DNA from: Phoronis australis
Taxonomy: Eukaryota > Animalia > Phoronida
Length of the DNA stretch: 64,000 bases
Reading direction: 5' to 3'
Assembly: GCA_002633005.1 (NCBI GenBank)
Contig: NMRA01000151.1
Span: forward strand, 181,613 to 245,612
The position numbers and the translations under genes were made by a program. Positions 50,502-64,000 of the stretch are shown in pieces. The stretch's first letter is position 1; each line of letters starts with the position of its first letter. Below the pieces are notes generated by a model. It was not told the origin of the DNA. It did no database searches and was given only the letters and a program-made list of their open reading frames with translations.

Positions 50502-51916
50502 GCTTTCACTCCTTCCTTAAGATCTTTAAATTAACAATTCTCAATATAACTGGATGTAATATTGAAATTAAAGAGGCAGTAGTTTTCAAATCAATTTCTA
50601 AACTCTACATATTTGAAATATACAGTAACCTTCAACTGTAAGACAGCAGTTTTAAAACCACTGCTGCTCAATATAAACTTTAGGTGGTAGGGTTCCAAAT
50701 TCTGTCTTTCTTTGTAGTGCTCTTGTATACAGATGTTTTATAAAATATTCATGCCATTCTTTGACAAAAGAATTTTGTACAATTTTGTTTCGATAATGTA
50801 GTCCTCTTACATTGTAATGCATGCACGATGGTAAATCGTGCAATAAGTGCATTTGTCTGTGAAAGCCATAAATTGTGCAGATTTTGTGGAGCTCATAAGA
50901 AGTATAGGGGCACAACCCACCGTTCACTAAAAATCTAAATTCGTGTGTCCGTTCCCTGACAAACACCTGCAGTTACAGGGTCTTTAGAATTATTATAAAG
51001 ACCTGGTGCTTGTAATTTCATTATTACCCACGTTGGCAATTCTTTGAATACATTTCATAGGCTAAATGTTGTTTGATATAACTTAGTGGCACGTCTTGGC
51101 TGGTTATTTTCAGGCCTTTCGAATTTTGACGCTTTTGGCCACTTAAATGTTTTTTAGAAAGTGGGTAGACTTGCAAAAACTGCATGCTTATTTTGTGATC
51201 TATGGCCACATCAAGTGAGTATAATGCGGGTATAAGATGGCCACCCACGAAACAAGTTTCCTAGAAAAGCAAGTTCTTCAGCATCGCATTCATCTTCAGT
51301 GATATCAAAGTTTCATTTCATTAGTAAGCACACGTATTATTTTGTTTCATATGCGTGGAATTTTGTTCTAAATATAAACTGCCACTCAATCCAATCCTTC
51401 GTTTTCATAAAAGTAGTCACAATTTTATACTCAAAAGATTGTTATGGGACTTGTAGCAGCAAGGCAGGGATCGTGTTGTGTGCGAGATTTTAAGGTGGGG
51501 GTCTGGCTAAGTTCTAAAAATCTCATAATTTGTTTCTTCATTAGCCGCACCCAAACACAAGAAAAATCATGTTCACCTGACGTCCAGTAGTCTGGTGAAT
51601 TTTACAAAAATTTCGCTGTCCGTGCAGCCATTCTCACTGAGTTCACAGAACCTAAATAAAAATGCCTTTAACTGCATCTTGTGCTCTGATATCAACCTTT
51701 TGCACATTTAGGCTTTCACATTATAAACGTAAAAGGACTAGTAGTTTTTATTTTCTTCTGTTCCCCTAAGCTCTTTTGCTGTTTTGTTTGGTGCTTCTTT
51801 TAGCACGTGAGACATTTTCGATGAAATGAAGAAAGCTGCTGAAGATAGTGCTTGATATTTGGAATAATTCATAATTTAGAATTGGTTATTGCAATTAAAG
51901 GAAATGAGCTTGTGTG

Positions 51917-53500
51917 TTTTTATGAATATGTGGGCACATTATGTTGTCATCTCTGTACGTCCATCCGTTTGGCATCTGTATGGCATCCGGCATCCACTGC
52001 TGTATTTCCAAAACCTCTTGATGTATGTACACGAAATTTTGCAGATACGTTTTTTTCATGGGACAGCATGAGCGAATTTTTGAATGGATCCGATTACTGG
52101 TGTGAACCCTTGTTTCTTAGTTTTTTTACCTTTGCCTCTGTATCCTTAACAAATTTTCATAAAATTTGGCAAATAGGTATATATTAGGAAGATGATGCCA
52201 CCATCAGGCTTTAAATGGATTCAATGTACTGGTATTTTGGGCCACTTATTGGCCATTGGTACTGTTTTTTGAGTCTTAACTGTTGCTGTCCATTTTTTAT
52301 TGGGCCAAATCACTGTAAGGATGATTATGAAAATTGACATACCGGTATATGTTCCTACTGGAAAGAAGACGACAGACGATGAATTTTGGATGGCTCCAAA
52401 TACAGTGTCTCCTCCTAGTGTCAGTTTTGTTTTTTGCATCCAGGGGGTATCTCCTAAACCCTCCTGAGGATCTTTGTTTAATTTGGCAAGTATATTTATA
52501 TGAAGGTAACAACAGGTGACCATGTTTTTCAGACGAATCCAACTACTGCTATGCCCCCTAGTTGCACTTTTATTTTTTTCCGTTTTACTTTGTATCTTTG
52601 AACTTCCTGCACGGATTTTTATGAAAATTGCAGATAGATTTCTTTCTGTTTTCAGATGAATTTGACGTAGTGCACGCCATCTAGTGCCTGTTTTTATTGT
52701 TGAGTCTGTCTTTGGCATCTGTCTCTTTCGACCAAACTATGCTCTTAGAATGATTTTGAAAATTGGCATCTATTCTTATTGGGAAGGGGATGACTGATGC
52801 TGATTTTTGGATGGTGGTGACTACTGTGGCAACTCCTAGTGGCAGTTTTGTTTTCTCTGCGTCTGTGGTTTTAACTCCTAAACTCTCAGCTGGATCTTTG
52901 TTAAATTTGACAAGAGTTGTTTTATGGATGTAAGAACACATGATGATTTTTATTAAATTTGGCATATAGGTTTCTATCAATGAGGCAATGAAACTTTTCA
53001 TTTTCAGATGGATTTGACCTAGTGTATGCGTCCCAGTGGAAGGTGTTTGTTATTTTTTTGAGTTAATTTTGTTTTAGTTGTCTATCTCTATCAGCCAAAC
53101 CACTCCACGACTGGAAAGAGTATGGTCGACGATTTTTGGAGTTTTTGCTAGTTTGGTGGCCCTTAATGGCAGTTTGCTTTTTTCACATCCTCAGCTGCTT
53201 CTTACTGCAGTATCTTTGTGAAATATAGCAATGTATTTCTATGAACGTGACTACAGATGACGACGTTTGGACGTATCTGACTGTTACTGTGCCCACAGTT
53301 CCAGTTTTACTTTTTTACGTTCTTGGCAGGTATGTTCCTGTCGAGGAGAGCATTGGTGACTTGCTAAACACCTGGTAGAGACTATTTTAAGTGTACTATG
53401 ATTGCTTTATTTATAGGAAATGTTTAAAATAATAATCCCTTGTATCTGCAATATGTGTGATGCACACTATGGGTGCATATCAACGCTCTGCATTGCTCTT
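51917..53500 (+). mobile_element. HINE family A copy 8, downstream of the CYLD stop codon
   Basis: ATATGTGGGCACAT 5' end; subrepeats; 3' GGGTGCATATCAACGCTCTGCATTGCTCTT. Confidence 0.8.
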
Positions 53501-56176
53501 CATATTAATGGAATGCTGATGTTTTCCTCACATTTGTTTAACGACAGCGGTACAGTGCAAACTGTTTGAAAGACAGGCTTAGAATTTTTGTTTGTTTTGA
53601 GAAATTTGACAAATTTATTTGCTATATTTGTGCGTAATTCAAGAGTGTTTATGACAATGACCGTATGTTAATAAAATGCAACTTGTTTTTGAAATTGTAT
53701 AATGCAGAACATCGTAGGAATCAGACTTGTTCACACCTTTGTGTGGTAGAGAGGCTGGTTTAAAAGCTCCAATCACACAGTCAGAAGTGTTCCTGCTTAG
53801 CCTACTTATCTTTCTTTGTTGCTCTGTTCCTACTTTTCTTTCCTTTCCTATTTTTTCTGTGGTTTCCTTTGATTTGCTTGTTCAATGGTACACTTGCTGC
53901 TATGCCACTGTAGGTAGTAAAATGCAACCATGAGCTGTAAACTGCACTGGTGGCTATTTCACAACCAAAGAAAAATCTGTTTCCCTCTGACAGGGAAATC
54001 ATCCTAGGAAAAAGTCAAAAGTGTTTTCTGAATACACATCCAGACTGGTGTATCCACAACTATAAAATAAATTACCCTCTTGCAAATTGTTGCATGTGGT
54101 AGATAGAAAATTTATTTTGTTTCGTGCTTAGATGGTGGTTACACGTGAATTCACTAAGTCCATTTGAGTCTTGAAGAAATATGTCATTAACTGGTTGAAG
54201 TTATTTTGGCTTGAACTGTTAAACCCTTTTTGCCTTGAAGAGTATTGACACTACACGAAGCCCTGTGTTCATAACCAGTTATGTTGTAGTATTGGAGGTT
54301 AACACTAGTCTACTTCATGACAAATTTACATACAATTTTGATGGTACAGATGCCGCCAAAATTCTGCTGTGGAAAATTGAAGGATGAAAAAATGGCCATT
54401 GGAGGCCTGGGATAAGAACTCGGACAAATTTTGTTACATTTTTTTATTGGTCTGTTTTCAATTTTTGTCCGGCGTGTCTTGCAAGTATCAAATGGTTTGA
54501 GCTAACCCTAAAACTTAATGGTTGACATTACCCATGTGTTTAGTATTCAGTTTATCCTAAACATAGTTACAGAGTAACTGTACAATTGATATCACTTGTA
54601 AGCTTAGTCAGAGTATTGCCAGGTGTCTTAACTTTGTTCCTGCAGTTCTATAATTGAAGTGTTTCTTGAGATCTCTACCACTCTTCTGAATCCAAGGAAC
54701 TTTGAATTGACCTTTCCTTTAACTACTTCCAAGACCATAAAAAGGCAAACTTCTTTGGCTTGTGACAATGCTTCAGTCTCTTGTAAACTGACTGTGTGAT
54801 GTTAAGTGAGCAATTATGGTGAAGATCAACCAAAACTTCATTGAAGTTTGGTGGTTGTCACACTCTTTTCCTACGTTTTACCACAATTCCTTTTTGTTAA
54901 ATATCCTGTCCTATTGCTTTGTGTAAAACTGCTTGAAACCCTACCGGCTGATAATTTTTTTATTTCAAAGACCTGCACTTACCTTGTCAGGCTGATTTGA
55001 CAGAGAAAATTTTGTTGAAATCACAGTTGTATTTACTATCTGTGGCTACATTTGAATATTTAAGAATTTCGTTATGATACATGTATTCAACAGTGGATTT
55101 TGTGAAATATTATACATTGTGTATGTGCTTGGCCTGATCTCTTGAGTGTTCTTAGTAACTGTTAACTGGGATTGATATAGCTGCACAGGTTACAATACAC
55201 ATTCAACAAACATCTGCTTTTACAGCTGGTTTAGAAAATTTAGCGCTTGATTTATTTGCTGTACCTAGTGATAGTGGAACTGCACTTTTCTGAATGCCTT
55301 GCAAGTCTTATTGTATGCATTTGCTGAATCCTGTATTCAGTTGCTAATTCGCAAGTTGCTAATTTGCAACTGTGTCAGTGCTGCTGTAAAGTTTCTCGGG
55401 GTACTAATGTATGATAAACATTCTCCAGTTTGAGATACCAGGGTAACTCTAAAATTTGCAACACCAATATTCACGCCTATATTGTATTTCCTCGATTCTG
55501 AAAATTGGGACATGGGTGATCTTGCCATTCATGGTTTGTCTCAAATATCGGACATGTTTTGTAAAAGTGTGGAAGTAGACTTGACAGTTCATAAAATCGC
55601 CACGGATGTAATGGTTTCATGCCTCCCCATAACATGTTACATTGAGGTGATTGCCCGTTTGTTGTTGATCTTAATTCTTGACTTTGGGATGGCCAATATT
55701 GCCCGTTTCTCACATTTGTTTCATCAGATGTTTTCGACTGTCCCAAATTGAATTTTCGATGTATATGAAGTCCGGGTGCCCGGGCATTTCAAGGTCCCTA
55801 CTGACCCTCGTCATCCCTTATGAAGTGATGATTAACGATTATTTGGTATGATCAGTTTAAATGGAACAGAAATTTGTTGAAACCAGTTTTATTAACTTAT
55901 ACTATTAAACGAGTCCAGCACTACTCAGAGTGCTCTTTGGTATTTTGTTGTCTCAATGAGCACAAAAATAATGTACCGTTTTGGAAAGGACTGAAATAAC
56001 TATGTTACAAAACACTATGAACAAAATCTTTCCGTCTCCTTGCACAGCTCCATAGTGGCTGTGGTCACTATAGTCACCTAAGAAGGGCCAGTCTGCATAT
56101 TGGTGCAAATTCTGCAACTGGAGATGACCACTCATGTTTTAAAGCAAAAAGACACCAATTTCAATCCTGAAATGTG

Positions 56177-56182
56177 TTTATT
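56177..56182 (-). terminator. Candidate MAF1 polyadenylation signal
   Basis: AATAAA on the minus strand at the end of a ~4-kb stretch that is U-rich on the minus strand; second candidate at 55888-55893. Confidence 0.35.
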
Positions 56183-59100
56183 AATGAAAGTAAAAACTAC
56201 TATTTACACAAAACAACAAGCAACAGCTGAAACCACAAGGAATACACCTTCAAAGATACAGTACAAGGGATGACGTGTACGATAAAAATACTTCAGTCTG
56301 GAACAAACTAGAGCGACAAGTAAGTGGCTATTCAACAACCAGAATAACAACACAATTTTCACGAGACATGAACGGCAGTAAAGACAGAAAGAAATCTGTT
56401 AAAACACCTGGGCAACCAATAAATGCTAGTAAAAGTTATTTCCTGAATGCTTCCCAAATTCAACCAGGAATATGCCTAGTGTCTAACTGGCGTACTCTGG
56501 ATTAGCTTCTACGAGTACCTTGAAGCTAGTGTGGATCCGAGTGTTCTAACCTAAGGAATATTTTTTGCCAAACAAATTTCCATCGTTACATGACAATTTT
56601 GGCAAGAACTGTTTGTAGTAAAAAACTAAGATGGACATCTGCAATTTTGCTCACAAATGAACAATAACTCTAAAGCTGCATTTCACTGCTGGCTAAAACA
56701 GAAAATCAAATTTACTATTTCAAGATCAGATCAGCGTGGTGACGTTTTTAAATGATCTGAAGAGGTTTGGTTACTAACAATTTAACATTCAAAGATAAAA
56801 AGCAGAAAAATGCAGCTTTAGTGACATTTCCACACACCCACAGAATATTTTTTTGTCCAATAAACATTTTAAACAGCTTAAAACTGATCCCTTGACTATG
56901 CATTGACAAATGGCCAGTGCAGAAAAATGTCACTTTAGGACAAGATGGCAGAAAAGTGAACTTAGATCGATACTTTCAACAAAAATATATACAATGACCT
57001 TTTGACACGTGCACCTTTTTACCTGATCAGGAGACCATTTGTCAATTATAATGCCTAACTTAAATCAACTTGTGCAGAAAAAACTTGCCAATTTAGGACA
57101 AGACGACAAAAAAGTGAACTTGAATTAAAAATTTCAACGACAAAAATTACAAATTTTTAAAACTGTTTCACTAAATATTCAAAATAATTTTACCGTAAAG
57201 CCTTCTCAAGCAATTGGTAAACTTCAAATAATATACATCAATCTAGATGAAAGAACCTCAGTTTGTCCTAAATTCAAGTTTTCCCCTTTAAACTGACTTG
57301 CAACTGCAGCAATATTTAGAGTGGGGTTTACTCATGGTGCAGAAAAGTGCTCATCCCTTGGCAACAGTAGTATTCAAATCTTCAGAATGGCAGATCCCGA
57401 ACTCAATCCACAAAATAAAGGAATTTTTTGAAGAGACATTGTCGGCGAGAACATCAATTTCTGATATCAGCCAAAACATGGCCCGAATCAAACCCACAGC
57501 CTTAAGTGTTGCAACCAAATGCTTTGCTGGCAAAGCTAAATCTCACCTGATAAATGGCAGAGTATTTTTAAGCGAACTAAACTGAAACCTTGAGTTCAGC
57601 GAATATCTGACAGCAAGAACAGGCAATTTGTAATAAAATCACCAAAACAATGGATTTTGCTTTTTTTAAAGCTTTGGTCAAAGCTCATAACTCTCTCATC
57701 CAATAACACTAAAAACCTGTCAATTGTAAAACACAATGTCCCTTTAATGACTCCGTCGACTCGAAACTTCATCAACTCTAGCACAAAGCTTCAAACTATA
57801 AATACGTTAGCCCTTGTCAACATGAACACTGAAAAAGCTTCATACTATGCTCAGCATAACCTTCAGTAAAACAAATAAAAACGGGTAAAATTACATGGCA
57901 AAGAAACTGTTCTAGTACCAGTGATGCACCAAATCCCAAGATAAACAGTGCAGATGTGTTTTTTCTAGAAAGGATGCCTTTATGCAATCACAAAATAAGC
58001 ACGAGGCACTGCACGGCAGGCTCAATCTTTAAATCTTACACACGTGTTTGAAATGAATTTTGTGGAAAGGAAAGTAAATAGGTGTTATGTGTTACATATA
58101 CTTGACTTACTAAAATCAAACAAACCGAAATGATCTCGTTAAAAATTTAAATCTGACGACATGGCAGAGAATGGATTCATATTTAACAGCAAGTCACAAT
58201 TTAATTTATAACATTTCAAAACCTTTAAATGCCACAGAGAAGTCTCAGTTATTACACATTTTTGGGAGCTTTTTGCATGTACAAGTCACATATGTGATAA
58301 ACAACATTTTTTAGTGATTACGGTGAATTCAATAATGTTACAAGTTCTGACATAATGAACCACCATTTGATGCACTATGATAACATAACTATAAATCCAA
58401 CAAAACACTTGCAGCCTACCTGGCTTAGTAATATTTTCACATATTTTGTCACAGAATATCTCATAATGTCACAGAATATCACCATATGATGTGGACTCCA
58501 TTTTCTGCCACGAACCTCCACAGACATTGTCAATATTTAAGTTAAATAGTAAAAAAGAGAAACAAAACTCGTTCCAAGTTTTTTACTGGTTTAAGGAAAC
58601 AACTTTAAATTAATAATTTAAGCAAATAATCTACACCTCCAAGAGATATGCTCTGACATGTATAGCCATATCATCAAAGCCAACAGCACTTAAAAATTCC
58701 AGTGCCACACATTGTCTAGTCTATGACTCAGCAGAACAACCAACCACTGATTAAAACGTAGATGAAAATAGTACATGCAGTAGAAAGTCTTTATAACAAA
58801 TGGACTGCACACACTATCCTATCAGATAACCTGGTAGCAAAAGAACAACACAGCAGGAAAGTCACGTACATCATCAACTTACAGAATATGTGCGAAAATT
58901 CTTCGACGCAATGAACGAAGACATTTTTCCGAGGGTTAATTAACATGACCATTGGATGGATGAGCTAAGTGTACCTTAACCAAATAAGAAAAATATGCAC
59001 AAAAATGATACATTTAATAACCAAATCAGAAATAAAAAACACCATTGTACAATATTAAGCCAAATTCAACTAAAGCAAAAAATTTTGTTCGTAGTAAAAT

Positions 59101-60141
59101 GACTTAAGTGACTTTCATTAAACCTCAAAACTTATTTTGCAGTGTTTTTAAAATTAAAAGTAGACAAAAAATTATCAGTTATTTCAACACCGGTTTGCAC
59201 CACAGCAAGCGAATTTCCTTCTGGTTTGACTGGGTTGCTTTCTCTTTGTGACTTTCATTTCGTCGTCTTCAGTAGGTCGGCGTATTTCTATTAAGAAAAT
59301 TAATTGTGCATTTGTAGCATTCATGTTGAAAACAGGAGTCACCTAGTCAGTCAGAAAACAGAATCACAACCATTGCAATCACTTAAAACGCACTTCCTAA
59401 GTGTTGTGTAGCATCAATCAGCCCTAACAATTTATGCAGGTCAAATGTTTTCATGGTGAGCTAGTCAAAGAATGTTACAACAACGCATCTCTGACCAAAC
59501 TCACACCATGTTGTAATTATGGACTGAGCAATAACATGGTCTGTGTGTGTAAATGAATCAGTACTCAAGCATTTTAAGATGTACTTCGCCTGTGTTTAGC
59601 ATTTAATTCTTAATCATAGTGTTTTGGGGCTTAAACATTATCGTGCTCATGTAACTGAATCATTGTTGAATGAGGTGGCAACTTGCGTCACAGGCAATGC
59701 GTGCATACGTCCTTTTCGATTCTGCAATTTCAGTGTAGGCCAACCACAATGAACTCAACAGCATTTTCTGAGGATGCTGATGGTTACAATGTCCTTACTG
59801 GTAAAGGAATTAAGATTCCTATCACAGAAAGGAATACTATGAGACAGCTAAACAGGGCCAAATGCAGCTTTCAGTAGCAACCGGTACATCCGAATGGGAC
59901 TTGTGTGCAACTTCCAAGAGTTTGCTAGACCAATCTCACATCTCAGACCTATCCAGACAGACTTGAAAATACTCAAGCTATTAAAATAGTCAATTTTTAT
60001 GTTAAAAAATTACCTAACTGGAAAAGTTGCCAACTAACACACAGCTCATAGGCTTGCTTGCTCGCATGCCATGTCTACGACATACAGCACGTTATGAGAA
60101 CAGGTGAGTTTTTGCTTTGAGGTTTTTCTTTCTTAACAAAA

Positions 60142-60445
60142 AATCTCTAACTTTAAGTTAGACGCATGAATAAAGATTGGTCATAACTCCTTATCATTCC
60201 ACGCTGTACTCCATGCCATGACATATTTCTCAGTAACACATCTTCAACATAAAGTAAGATGCATCAGTAATGATTGGTCATCACCACTCTGTCTTTCCTC
60301 ATTATAGTCTATGGTATGAGGTTTTCCTTAATAATACATCTCCAACTTTAAGTTAGATTCATGAGCAAAGATTGAACATTACCCCCTCCCCCATCTACCT
60401 ATCCTCCTCACTGTACTCCATGTCATCTTCACTCATTTCCATTTC
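60142..60445. repeat. Three ~97-bp degenerate tandem units overlapping the MAF1 stop codon
   Basis: AAC(T/A)T(T/A)AAGT(T/A)AGA at 60149, 60246, 60344; CTGTACTCCATG at 60204 and 60411. Confidence 0.8.
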
Positions 60446-60614
60446 AAACTCGTAGCTGTAGCTAGCATTCGCGGCCACAGCTGCACTCTGCACACTCGTG
60501 GCCCGACAAGACAGGAACACGATGCGCTTCATCTTCTTGTTATACAAGAAGAAGTTGAAACTCCAGATGGCGCCCTCCTCACCAAATGGGTCTGATGACA
60601 AGTCAGGATTGTAG
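60395..60614 (-). CDS. MAF1: MAF1 C-box and acidic tail exon
   Basis: cttccag|[14 protein letters not shown]...[11 protein letters not shown]. Confidence 0.95.
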
Positions 60615-63449
60615 CTGGAAGTGAAGAATGAAGTAATATTTTAGCACATAATTGCCAAAATTGTCCTTTTTTCATTTTTGGTTGGGTTCTCACATTGTCG
60701 TCAATGTTCAAAAATTTTTCAAAATATTGTTTGATGATAGCTACTGTAAAGAATTTGAAAATTGTACTTGGACGTCATTTCGAAAAACAAGAAAACAAAA
60801 TTTTACTCGGCGGCCATATCGCACCCTAAATTAGTGAGATTTTACTGTAGTCATTTTTGCTCAAATACAAAGTGAATAATTAAACTGAAAACTGATAGTA
60901 GAAACAAAAATTCAAAGCAAATAAGCGCTTTAGTGAACAATTTACAACACCATATACTACCGGTATATACCCCATCCAGACGTTTCATTTCCTTGCTCAA
61001 GACAATAGACCCCATACCCTGAACATTCATGAAAGCCATCTCCTTGATTCTAAAGCTTCAACCTCTCAAAAAATAATTATAGCACTCTATCAAGTTACAA
61101 CTCTGTCACTGACTGTTGCCAGTTTTCTGTTTCGAGTCCCATTTTTTGAACAAGTAACAGAATGTTTGCATTCTGTATGTATTGTACTTGTAAATATGAC
61201 ATTGTTCGCTAAAGCGATAATTTGTTATTCGTTTTTTTGCGTCAATTTGGCCTAAAACAAGAACCATGATAGAAAGTTAATTACAAGCATAATGGCCTAG
61301 TACCCAAAAACAAAATTATAAACATACCCCACAGTAGTCATCTACTACGGCATTGGCATCATGCCTTTCCTTTGATGTAAAAACTTCAAATTTTGACATC
61401 AAAATAATTTGAGTAGGTCATATTGACAGTAAATATGTTAAATACCCATTTATGTTTATGCTTAGATTTGTGTTGTATTGCTCAGGTTTATTATACCATG
61501 GAAAATACCAATTAAGAGACCTTATAAAAAAGAACACTGACATTGCATGACAAAATTATGGTAAAATTCAAAATCTGATACCATGCCCAGAATACAAAAT
61601 CTAATATTAAATTGGCACTTCGTTTTCAAAAGCTAAACCACAAGAAGGTAGCTTTACACAATGAGTAACATTATCGTGTCCAACAAAGCGGCAGTTATTT
61701 ATTAATAACTGACCAACTTCATTCTCTACGTGCTCTCACAGAATCCCATGAGTATACAACCAAACTGGAACTGATGGTTTCATGACACTAGCAAATTTCA
61801 GAGTAATACATCAAACATGCAATCTGCTCTTGGGCAAATTGTAGCCTTACCTATAGACGTCACACTCGCTAAGTGTGATCTCCTCGTCAATGGCTGCCCA
61901 CAGCTGAGGTCCAATGGTCTTGACATAGTCCATGTTGGTGGCACCTAGCTGGCTGTCCACTGCCATCTTCACCCACTGTCATATCAACAGAAAGCAAATG
62001 TGATGGGGCACTGCCAATGATTTCAATCTTAGACACATAACAAAGAGAGATTCAGTGGTTCAATAGATTACCACCCCCTTCTAATTGGAAGGAGACTCCA
62101 GCCAAATACAAAATGTTCCAACTCCTAATGAAAAAGATGAGAAAACCTGTCCTGCAGAAGTAGTGCGACTTGGGAATGAGCACAAAATCACTCGAATTGG
62201 CCGTGGCAGAAGATACCAGGGATGAAATAATGCTGACAATGGAACTGAGGGACATTTGGCAAGAACGTGCAACATTTTTAATAGTTCCAAATCTTCCTTA
62301 GGATTTAAGAAATACTTAATGGCAATACTTAACAAAAATTCAATGTTGCCATTTAGCAATATGTCAAACGAATTACCAGATGAAGCAGCTCAACAAATGA
62401 CAAACTATCACAATGTAAGTGAGCATGCAACAATCCATTCTTGCTTGTAAGCTATGACTTAATTTTCAACCTGTGTGGTGGCTTTAAAATTTCTAACTTG
62501 AGGCCCAAGTCATAGATTTTAAAATCAATCTGGGTTTTCAATAACTCCCAACAAATATCCGAGTAGCGTTCTAATTTGCAATGGATAGCTATGTTACTGT
62601 TTAAATAATAACCCAGGTATTAGGTCGAAGCCAGTATGCCATGGCTGTTGACTTCCTAATGGTCTCAGTTCTAACCTTTACGCTAGGTTCTTTACTGAAC
62701 TCATCGCTCTTAGTGTTGCTGAAATCATAGTCAGGGAATGATGCGTTGAGAGTCCCAATGAGATAAAACAACGTCTTCATGCTGATGGTGTCACACAAAT
62801 GACCTTCACCTTCATCGCTCTGACTGCGACTGTAGTGCCTGAAAAAAAAGGGATTGATATGTTGCTAATCATAATTTAAGACGATCGTATCTAATATCCG
62901 AAATGTGCATCACTTCACCTCTAATTGATCCTCTCTGAATTTTGTACAATCAAGTATTCAAAAGCAGAAAAGATCTGAACAGACATACATCACATTAGTT
63001 GGTGTACATATTGTATGTTAAAAGTGACAATTTGTAATTGCACCCCCGAAAACCAGCAAGAATGCAAGCTAACTGCCATTTATTATAACTCACATGAGAT
63101 GTTAAAATAAAATTATACACAAGGTACTGATACTTCAAGAATTTGAGCTGTTTAGAGCCTATTATTCCACTCTAATGGCTACGCTCATTTAGTAAAACTA
63201 AAATCGGGGACAGTTACTATTTCATTTTCCTTCACAATTACTCTTTTTCATCGAATGTATATTAGCATGCAGACAGTACATTAGATATGGTGAAACGCTC
63301 TTTGGAAAACTTAAGCATACCTGCTTGGACTCAGCGACAAAACACTTTGAGGGGGTGACAGAGCCTGTAACTGACTACTTCCTTCACTATTCAAACTCTT
63401 GAACAGGCGCTTGTCATTCCCAGCCATTTTACAACTATAGCTTTCCACG
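60395..63449 (-). CDS. MAF1: Repressor of RNA polymerase III transcription MAF1, 3' part; first coding exon lies beyond the right edge
   Basis: [17 protein letters not shown]; [20 protein letters not shown]...FSKEPS; [22 protein letters not shown]; [27 protein letters not shown]; acidic tail. Junctions are GT-AG and phase-consistent. Confidence 0.97.
61851..61975 (-). CDS. MAF1: MAF1 exon ([10 protein letters not shown]...ECDVY)
   Basis: tgacag| ... AG|gtaagg. Confidence 0.95.
62676..62838 (-). CDS. MAF1: MAF1 exon (B box)
   Basis: tttttcag| ...[11 protein letters not shown]...KEPSVK|gttaga. Confidence 0.96.
63321..63449 (-). CDS. MAF1: MAF1 exon (A box, [10 protein letters not shown])
   Basis: ttttgcag| ... 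AG|gtatgc; phase 2-2. Confidence 0.95.
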
Positions 63450-64000
63450 CTGCAAAATACAAGCTGATATAGTTCACAATGACAAAACTTTCATTCTGTG
63501 GACCAGAGCACCTGCATGGTTATTTCAAATATTTATAATTATTTTGCAATAGGGGACTTTTCATATGGACGCATTCTATAGTAACGAGAAGACTAAAGTG
63601 ACCTCTGAATGATCCCAACTCAGATTTTGTGGACAGGAATTCAATTACTACATAGTGGTTCATGAATATAAAAGCAGAGGAATAAATTCCACTGTCAGCC
63701 ACTCCCATTGTTTGATTAGTTAACGTTCACAAATTACTTAGCAAAATAGAGTTTCACCAAGTACGTTGCTCTGACACTAAGTTTTTTCCTTATTTTGTTT
63801 GTTCGCACGCTACATGATGCAATTTCATTTCGATCTGTACAAAATTTACACACAAACCGTAGGTCCGGAAGAGCTGGAAGCCTATTGTTTTTCGTCATGA
63901 TTGGATTCAAGATAGCACACGTGGCAGCCGTTTTCAAATATAGATTCAAATGCTCATATAAGCCGCAATTTTTAATGTACAAGGCTGCAATTCAGTACGA

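Noticed and set aside
56916-57146. Two ~70-bp degenerate direct repeats
   Set aside because: Real but ordinary local duplication with no further structure.

Overview
This is an AT-rich, intron-rich animal genomic window, probably from a marine invertebrate deuterostome such as a hemichordate (the taxon is an inference). Three spliced protein-coding genes can be rebuilt with phase-consistent GT-AG junctions. They are the 5' part of synergin gamma (SYNRG, minus strand, 7 coding exons, 22313 down to 2972, continuing off the left edge), a complete CYLD deubiquitinase (plus strand, 16 coding exons, 22888-50501, about 946 aa, three CAP-Gly domains plus a USP domain with B-box), and the 3' part of MAF1 (minus strand, 4 exons, 63449-60395). 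SYNRG and CYLD are head-to-head about 575 bp apart (ATG to ATG), and CYLD and MAF1 are tail-to-tail. The introns are full of mobile DNA: LINE fragments, a Kolobok-like element with a THAP remnant, a TA-flanked TIR element nested in a LINE tail, a GAG-ended (Sola-like) element, a tRNA-derived SINE, hairpin MITEs and satellites. The most notable signal is a DINE-1/HINE-like non-autonomous Helentron family (8 copies). Its body is a ~450-bp higher-order repeat with one CTCF-consensus-like motif every ~145-160 bp. All copies left of the shared promoter point one way and all copies to the right point the other way, giving a convergent motif arrangement around the SYNRG/CYLD promoter. Any function for this arrangement is untested inference.
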